From positions 1-30,026 of the forward strand of contig JBNJFB010000024.1 in the NCBI GenBank assembly GCA_051746405.1: 30,026 bases of DNA, given 5' to 3'. A program made the translations under genes and the position numbers. A model generated the notes under the pieces. That model made no database searches. It saw nothing but the letters and a program-made list of their open reading frames with translations, and was not told the DNA's origin. Below, in pieces: positions 25,801-30,026 of the stretch (its first letter is position 1; every line of letters begins with the position of its first letter). Source of the DNA: Campylobacterota bacterium (GTDB taxonomy: Bacteria > Campylobacterota > Campylobacteria > Campylobacterales > Arcobacteraceae).

Positions 25801-27627
25801 GATATACAAGATAGTAATGGTGGAGATAAGAAAGAGGAAGTAGAAGTAGAGATAACAGGGACAAACGATACACCAAATTTAATAGTAAATGATGGGACAG
25901 GTAATATACAAGAAGATGGAGTGTTAAGTGATAGTGGAAGCTTAACCTTGGTTGATGTGGACCTATCTAATAGCCTAGAAGCAAATAGCGTTGTAAAATC
26001 TATAAATGCTTATTATAGTGATAATTCAATGATGATACTAGACTCTAACAAGCAAGAAAATATTGAAAATGCATTTTCGGTTGTAAATCTAAATCCAGGT
26101 GAGAATACTGGTGATATAAAATGGAGTTTTGATATATCTGAAGATAAGTTAGACTTTTTAGCTCAAGGTGAGAGTATCACTGCAGTATTTACAGTTAAGG
26201 TATCAGATAATGAAAATGTGGTTACCACACAAGATATAACTATTGAAATAAAGGGTGCAAATGATACACCTACTATTACTTCAAAAGATGATGTCGCTGA
26301 TTTAAAAGAGGCTGTAACTTTAGATGATAGTGGTTTTATTAATATTCATGATTTAGACTTAAGTAATAAACTTGATACAGCTTTGACTGCAAGTACAATA
26401 GAGTCATATAAAAAAGATGGAACAGCATTAGAGCTTACAATAGAAGAAAAAGAGTATTTGATAAATGCACTTGGACTTGATAGTAGTGGCATAAGCAATA
26501 ATAGTGGAACATTAACATGGAGTTATGAGGTTGATGAGAGTAAGATAGACTTTTTAAGTGAAGATGAAAAAGTAAAAATAACTTATACTATTCAAATAAG
26601 TGATGGATTTACATCAATAAATGAGGATATTGAAGTTAATATCACAGGAACAAATGATAAACCAACTATCACATCAAATGAAAATTTGGATGTTTATAAA
26701 ATATATAATGGAACATTTAGTAAAGACTATTCAACAATATTTAGTGATGTGGATAGAACAGACTTCTTAACATATGAGTTTGAAGGGTTACCAAAGGGTC
26801 TTTCTTATGATAGTAGTACAGGTGTGGTAAGTGGTGTACTTGAGGAGATAGGAACCTTTAATATATCAATAAAAGCTTATGACAACTCCGCATTACAAGA
26901 GAGTATTTCAAAAGAGTTTGTTATGAAAGTTTTAGGAGAAGAACCAGGTCCAAGAGCACAGTTAGAGTATATAGAAAATAGTACAACTGATTTAACCTTT
27001 GATAGTATTGTAGTTAATGATAATATTCAAAATGAAAGACTTGAAGGTGTAATATCTAATAGTGAAGATTTGGTATATGAAGTTGGTAAAGGATTTATTG
27101 AAGTAGATAATCAGTTAGAGTATTTAAGTGTATTTGATGATACTAAAACAAATATAATAAAAGATGCAAAAATAGTAATAAATGAAAATAATCAATTATA
27201 TCTAGAAGATTATATAAATCAAGATTATGATAGTTTGGGACTTACTATAGAAGAGATTACTTATAAAGATGAGTTTATAGAATTAAAAATAGATGATTCT
27301 ATGCAAGCCTTAAAATATGAAGTATTTGTAATAAATGAGCAAAAAGATAATACTTTTCCTGTAGATATAATATTTGATGAAGAGAATAAAACTTTAAAAA
27401 TACAAGCTAATACAGATGTGAGAGTGGCAATCAAAGCTATTAGTGAGTTTGAGACAAGAACACTAGTTTTAGATATAAAAAACAATAAGCTACAAGAGGT
27501 TGAAAATAGTGATTTAGATGTATCAAAAAACAGTATTAGTTTTAAGGATGAATTGAAAAACAAAAATTTAGAAAATGAAAATTATGGACAACAGTTGGTT
27601 AAACTATTTGAAGAGGCTAAATCGTAA
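22813..27627 (+). CDS. Large secreted adhesin-like protein: LEPRxLL motif, DUF4347, discoidin-like domain, Ig/cadherin-like and VCBS-type repeats, putative Ig (He_PIG-like) domain
   Basis: N-terminal ALEPRLLFDGA; DUF4347 motifs (VVFVD, HILSHG, DILLYGC, DDLTG...WDLE); repeats ending I.G.ND.P with W.Y...DFL..GE; GLPKGLSYDSSTGVVSG; very acidic; no Sec signal peptide. Confidence 0.9.
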   Translation: MKNPLISALEPRLLFDGAAVATAVEVLDENSFEQNQEQESKEEPTLDKNSNSNENKVVFVDSNLKDLDTIVNDLQESNMEVKLIDDKQDSIKQIINSLDSNKLYDEIHILSHGSKGEVTLGNTVLNSSNIDEFKEDLNQLSTKLNSGADILLYGCEIAKDEASKEFVDKLAAFTKADIATSDDLTGSDALNANWDLEYSTGEIQAETIVIENYDEVLSNAPDLSTSKLINDISPDSLSDPGAYNLFDDDINTNFQTSKGGAFTFSVSNSYIAIDTITFTTTTFLNSTSNDLYKFALYGSKDGLTYDNLIYENNSLNPPASRGADYPVENINNSEPYGYYKIRFKNAVDLFEDIQLSGMKITGEEFTFKSYTENESEIQILDDANISDTDSSDLQGATISISEGFNAGDILAFNNNDNSLYGSITPSYDSSTGELNLSGNATLQQYENALKAVTYHSTSDSPTINSANRTFSWQVNDGTNDSNVTKSYLSITAVNDVPQLIVNDGTGNIQEDGVLSDSGSLTLVDVDEVDTTSTTSSVKSITGVQSDGITALNLTTAQESALDKLSLTAGNSSNETIQWDYTVSQSDIEFIGEGERVTVVYTITSEDNNGASVSKDIEIEILGSNNEPTLTVNNVNGNIEEGSGNLNRSGSIDYEDKDSTDIVTASLNSIDVKAYREDGSLYTLTTQQDNELKNAFSLVDTGGSNKGSIQWEYNITEDKIDFLAKDESVILRYEIDIQDSNGGDKKEEVEVEITGTNDTPNLIVNDGTGNIQEDGVLSDSGSLTLVDVDEVDTTSTTSSVKSITGVQSDGITALNLTTAQESALDKLSLTAGNSSNETIQWDYTVSQSDIEFIGEGERVTVVYTITSEDNNGASVSKDIEIEILGSNNEPTLTVNNVNGNIEEGSGNLNRSGSIDYEDKDSTDIVTASLNSIDVKAYREDGSLYTLTTQQDNELKNAFSLVDTGGSNKGSIQWEYNITEDKIDFLAKDESVILRYEIDIQDSNGGDKKEEVEVEITGTNDTPNLIVNDGTGNIQEDGVLSDSGSLTLVDVDLSNSLEANSVVKSINAYYSDNSMMILDSNKQENIENAFSVVNLNPGENTGDIKWSFDISEDKLDFLAQGESITAVFTVKVSDNENVVTTQDITIEIKGANDTPTITSKDDVADLKEAVTLDDSGFINIHDLDLSNKLDTALTASTIESYKKDGTALELTIEEKEYLINALGLDSSGISNNSGTLTWSYEVDESKIDFLSEDEKVKITYTIQISDGFTSINEDIEVNITGTNDKPTITSNENLDVYKIYNGTFSKDYSTIFSDVDRTDFLTYEFEGLPKGLSYDSSTGVVSGVLEEIGTFNISIKAYDNSALQESISKEFVMKVLGEEPGPRAQLEYIENSTTDLTFDSIVVNDNIQNERLEGVISNSEDLVYEVGKGFIEVDNQLEYLSVFDDTKTNIIKDAKIVINENNQLYLEDYINQDYDSLGLTIEEITYKDEFIELKIDDSMQALKYEVFVINEQKDNTFPVDIIFDEENKTLKIQANTDVRVAIKAISEFETRTLVLDIKNNKLQEVENSDLDVSKNSISFKDELKNKNLENENYGQQLVKLFEEAKS
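24307..25961 (+). repeat. Perfect in-frame 786-bp tandem repeat (two full copies plus 83 bp)
   Basis: Copies at 24307-25092, 25093-25878 and partial 25879-25961. No differences found on reading the copies side by side. Each unit is 262 aa, i.e. two VCBS-type modules. Confidence 0.95.
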
Positions 27628-28962
27628 ATGAATTTAAATATTTCAAACCTTCTACAACTAGAACAAAACTGTAGAAATGCAAAAAACTATGATGAGTTGA
27701 AATATATTATTGTAAATGAAACAAAAAGAGTTTTAGAGTATAAGCAAGCCTTTTTATTTATTGAAAGTGGTAAAAACAGTCTAAAAATTGATGCTATCAA
27801 TGATTTATCAAGTATTGAGAAAAGTTCAGTTTATATACAAAGTATAGAAGGCATAACTACTAAATTCTATAAAAAAAGTAGAGATATAAATAAAGTACAA
27901 AAGCTTGATTTTAATGATATAGACTCATATGATAAAAAAAATATAGAAGAGATTGGATATCTAAACTCTCTTATGATTCCTTTAGTTTTGCACAAAGATG
28001 ATGCTAGTGTAAACTATTATCTACTTTTATTAAAAGATTCAGAGTTTATATATAAAGAAAAAGAGATAGCAAGGCACTTATCAAAATCATTATCATACTT
28101 TCTTTATGCAACAAGAAAATGTAATATAAAATCAAAAATAAGTTTTCGGGGATATTATAAATATATAGTAGTTTTACTTGTTCTTTGTATGTTTATTCCT
28201 GTAAAACTTTCAGTTTTAGCTCCACTTGAAGTTATTGCAAAAGATGCTTTTATTGTAACATCACCTTTAAAAGGTGCAGTAAAAGAGATTAAAGTAAAGC
28301 CAAATGAGTATATAAAAAAGGGCTCAAAAGTATTACAATTAGATGAAACAGACTATAAAAATAGCTATATTCTTGCAAAAAAAGATTTACAAATCATAGA
28401 GGCTAGACTAAAAACAGCACAACAAGGAAGCTTTTATAATAGTGATTATAAAGCAAATATTGATGAGTTAAAAGCACAAGTTCAATTAGCTAAATCAAAA
28501 CTTGATTTTACAAAACAGCAGTTAGATAAAACTTCAGTGGTTGCAAGAAAATCTGGTGTTGCTATACTAAATAACCCTTCAAGTTGGGAGGGTAAACCTG
28601 TGATTGCAGGAGAAAAGATTTTTTCAATAGCAAATAAAAAAGAGGTACAAGTAGAGATATCTTTATTAGTTGCAGATGCTCTTTTCCTAACAAGTGGTGC
28701 AAAAATCAAAGCTTTTTTAGATAATGACCCACTAAATAGTTGGGCTGCAACTATAAAACATATATCATATGAGCCTGAGTTAACATCAAAAAACCAGTTA
28801 GTTTATAAGATAACAGCATCATTTGATGATTTAAATCAAAATGATACTATCCCTACAATAGGACTTCGAGGAAGTGCTAAAATCTATTCAAAGGAAGTTA
28901 GCTTATTTTTCTACTTGTTTAGAAAACCAATAACAAAACTTAGGGAATATATAGGTTGGTAG
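27628..28962 (+). CDS. HlyD-family periplasmic adaptor with a cytoplasmic GAF-like N-terminal region
   Basis: About 170-aa N-terminal region, TM helix YIVVLLVLCMFIPV, VTSPLKGAVKEIKVKPNEYIKKG..VLQLD, coiled coil, VARKSGV, GLRGSAKI; ATG abuts the adhesin stop codon. Confidence 0.88.
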   Translation: MNLNISNLLQLEQNCRNAKNYDELKYIIVNETKRVLEYKQAFLFIESGKNSLKIDAINDLSSIEKSSVYIQSIEGITTKFYKKSRDINKVQKLDFNDIDSYDKKNIEEIGYLNSLMIPLVLHKDDASVNYYLLLLKDSEFIYKEKEIARHLSKSLSYFLYATRKCNIKSKISFRGYYKYIVVLLVLCMFIPVKLSVLAPLEVIAKDAFIVTSPLKGAVKEIKVKPNEYIKKGSKVLQLDETDYKNSYILAKKDLQIIEARLKTAQQGSFYNSDYKANIDELKAQVQLAKSKLDFTKQQLDKTSVVARKSGVAILNNPSSWEGKPVIAGEKIFSIANKKEVQVEISLLVADALFLTSGAKIKAFLDNDPLNSWAATIKHISYEPELTSKNQLVYKITASFDDLNQNDTIPTIGLRGSAKIYSKEVSLFFYLFRKPITKLREYIGW

Positions 28963-28965
28963 GTT

Positions 28966-30026
28966 ATGCCTAAAAAGGATGCTTTACCTTTTTTAAGGGA
29001 AGATTTAAAGCTACTTGAAATTTTAAATCAAGATGGCAAATGGTTTATATATGACCCTTTACAAAACAGATACTTTGCACTTAGTAAAGAAGCATATGAT
29101 ATCTTACAGCTTTGGGAAAATGGCTTAGAAGTAGAAAAGTTTATTTTGATTTTACAAGAGCATAATTATAAGATTAGTGAAGAAAAAATTTTGATTTTTA
29201 TAGATTTTTTAAGAAATAATAGCTTAATTCAGACTTTGTCTTTAGAAGATATTCAAACGCATTTCAAAAAAAGTGGTAAACAGAAAAATGGTTTTTTTAA
29301 AAATCTACTTAAAAGCTATCTATTTTTTAGAATCCCTTTGTTTAAAAGTGATAGATGGCTAAGTAAAAATCTAAAAAACATTGAGTTTCTTTACACAAAA
29401 GCATATAGGAATTTTATAATATTTTTAGGAGTAATTGGAGTTTTACTAACTCTTATTAACTATGATGAGTTTATTAATACTTTTATGTATCTATTCTCTT
29501 TTGAAGCACTAATATTCTATTTTATTAGTTTAGTTTTTGTAAAAAGCATGCATGAGTTAGGACATGCATTTACTGCAAAAAGATTAGGGCTTAAAGTTCC
29601 ACATATGGGAGTGGCATTTTTGGTTATGTTTCCTGTACTTTATACAGATACAGGTGATACTTGGAGATTACAATCAAAATATGATAGATTAAAGGTAGTA
29701 TTAGCTGGAGTTAAAGTAGAGCTTTATTTAGCTGCAATAGCTATTTTTTTATGGTCATTTTTAGATGATGGCATTTTTAGAACAGTATGTTTTATCATAG
29801 CAACTACTAGTTTGATAAGCTCAATTTTAATAAATATCAGTCCTTTTTTAAGGTTTGATGGTTATTATGCTTTAAGTGATATTACTGATACAAAAAATCT
29901 ACAACCTCGCTCTTTTTCAATGGCAAGATGGTTTTTAAGAAAGTATATTCTAGGGGCTGATGAAAATCAACCAGAAGAGGTATCAAAGAAAAGAGCAAAT
30001 TTTTTTATAATTTATGCTATATTGAC
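28966..30026 (+). CDS. Site-2 protease (peptidase M50) family membrane protein, truncated by the window edge; not in the ORF track
   Basis: ATG at 28966 with the frame running to the end of the window (MPKKDALPFLREDLKLL...). HELGH (HExxH) at 29551-29565, NISPFLRFDG (NxxPxxxxDG) at 29833-29862, several TM segments. Confidence 0.92.
   Translation, partial: MPKKDALPFLREDLKLLEILNQDGKWFIYDPLQNRYFALSKEAYDILQLWENGLEVEKFILILQEHNYKISEEKILIFIDFLRNNSLIQTLSLEDIQTHFKKSGKQKNGFFKNLLKSYLFFRIPLFKSDRWLSKNLKNIEFLYTKAYRNFIIFLGVIGVLLTLINYDEFINTFMYLFSFEALIFYFISLVFVKSMHELGHAFTAKRLGLKVPHMGVAFLVMFPVLYTDTGDTWRLQSKYDRLKVVLAGVKVELYLAAIAIFLWSFLDDGIFRTVCFIIATTSLISSILINISPFLRFDGYYALSDITDTKNLQPRSFSMARWFLRKYILGADENQPEEVSKKRANFFIIYAIL

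Noticed and set aside
26900..27627. Classical RTX toxin or RTX adhesin C-terminus
   Set aside because: No GGxGxDxLx nonapeptide repeats are present, so the protein was not called RTX.
21455..28709. Minus-strand ORFs 21455-21667, 24953-25216, 27261-27563 and 28482-28709
   Set aside because: Antisense to the well-supported secretion operon genes; their Leu/Phe/Ser richness simply mirrors the A-rich sense strand.
1..30026. tRNA, rRNA, CRISPR array, integrase or prophage genes
   Set aside because: No cloverleaf or rRNA-like GC-rich segments, repeat-spacer arrays or recombinase/phage motifs were seen; intergenic spaces are short and AT-rich.

Overview
AT-rich chromosomal window whose gene content and order (hisZ-purA-DUF507-carA; ispDF followed by an HP1021/CemR-type regulator and pgpA; TTAGATAWAAT extended -10 boxes) point to Campylobacterota, most likely Arcobacteraceae (inference). 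Bases 1-470 contain the 3' end of a probable chemoreceptor gene and a scar of mobile-DNA debris: an IS256 transposase tail with its terminal IR, an IS21-type end and a possible WYL-protein fragment. A 61-aa histone-H1-like gene follows. Bases 833-20010 are mostly housekeeping genes (class V aminotransferase, hisZ, purA, carA, pgpA, CemR-like regulator, ispDF, HDOD protein, thiC, mrp/apbC, hisIE, SPFH protein, ilvE, metH). The most interesting part is a tightly coupled operon from 20110 to the window edge. It encodes a lipoprotein TolC with two C-terminal SH3b-like domains, a short periplasmic adaptor, and a 1604-aa LEPRxLL/DUF4347 adhesin with a perfect 786-bp tandem duplication and no RTX repeats. 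These are followed by a second adaptor with a GAF-like N-terminus and a site-2 (M50) protease with a PqqD/RRE-like N-terminus, which the ORF track missed because it runs off the window. This resembles a type I-like export system in which an intramembrane protease, not a visible ABC transporter, is the inner-membrane component. All family assignments come from motif recognition by eye; no database searches were run.
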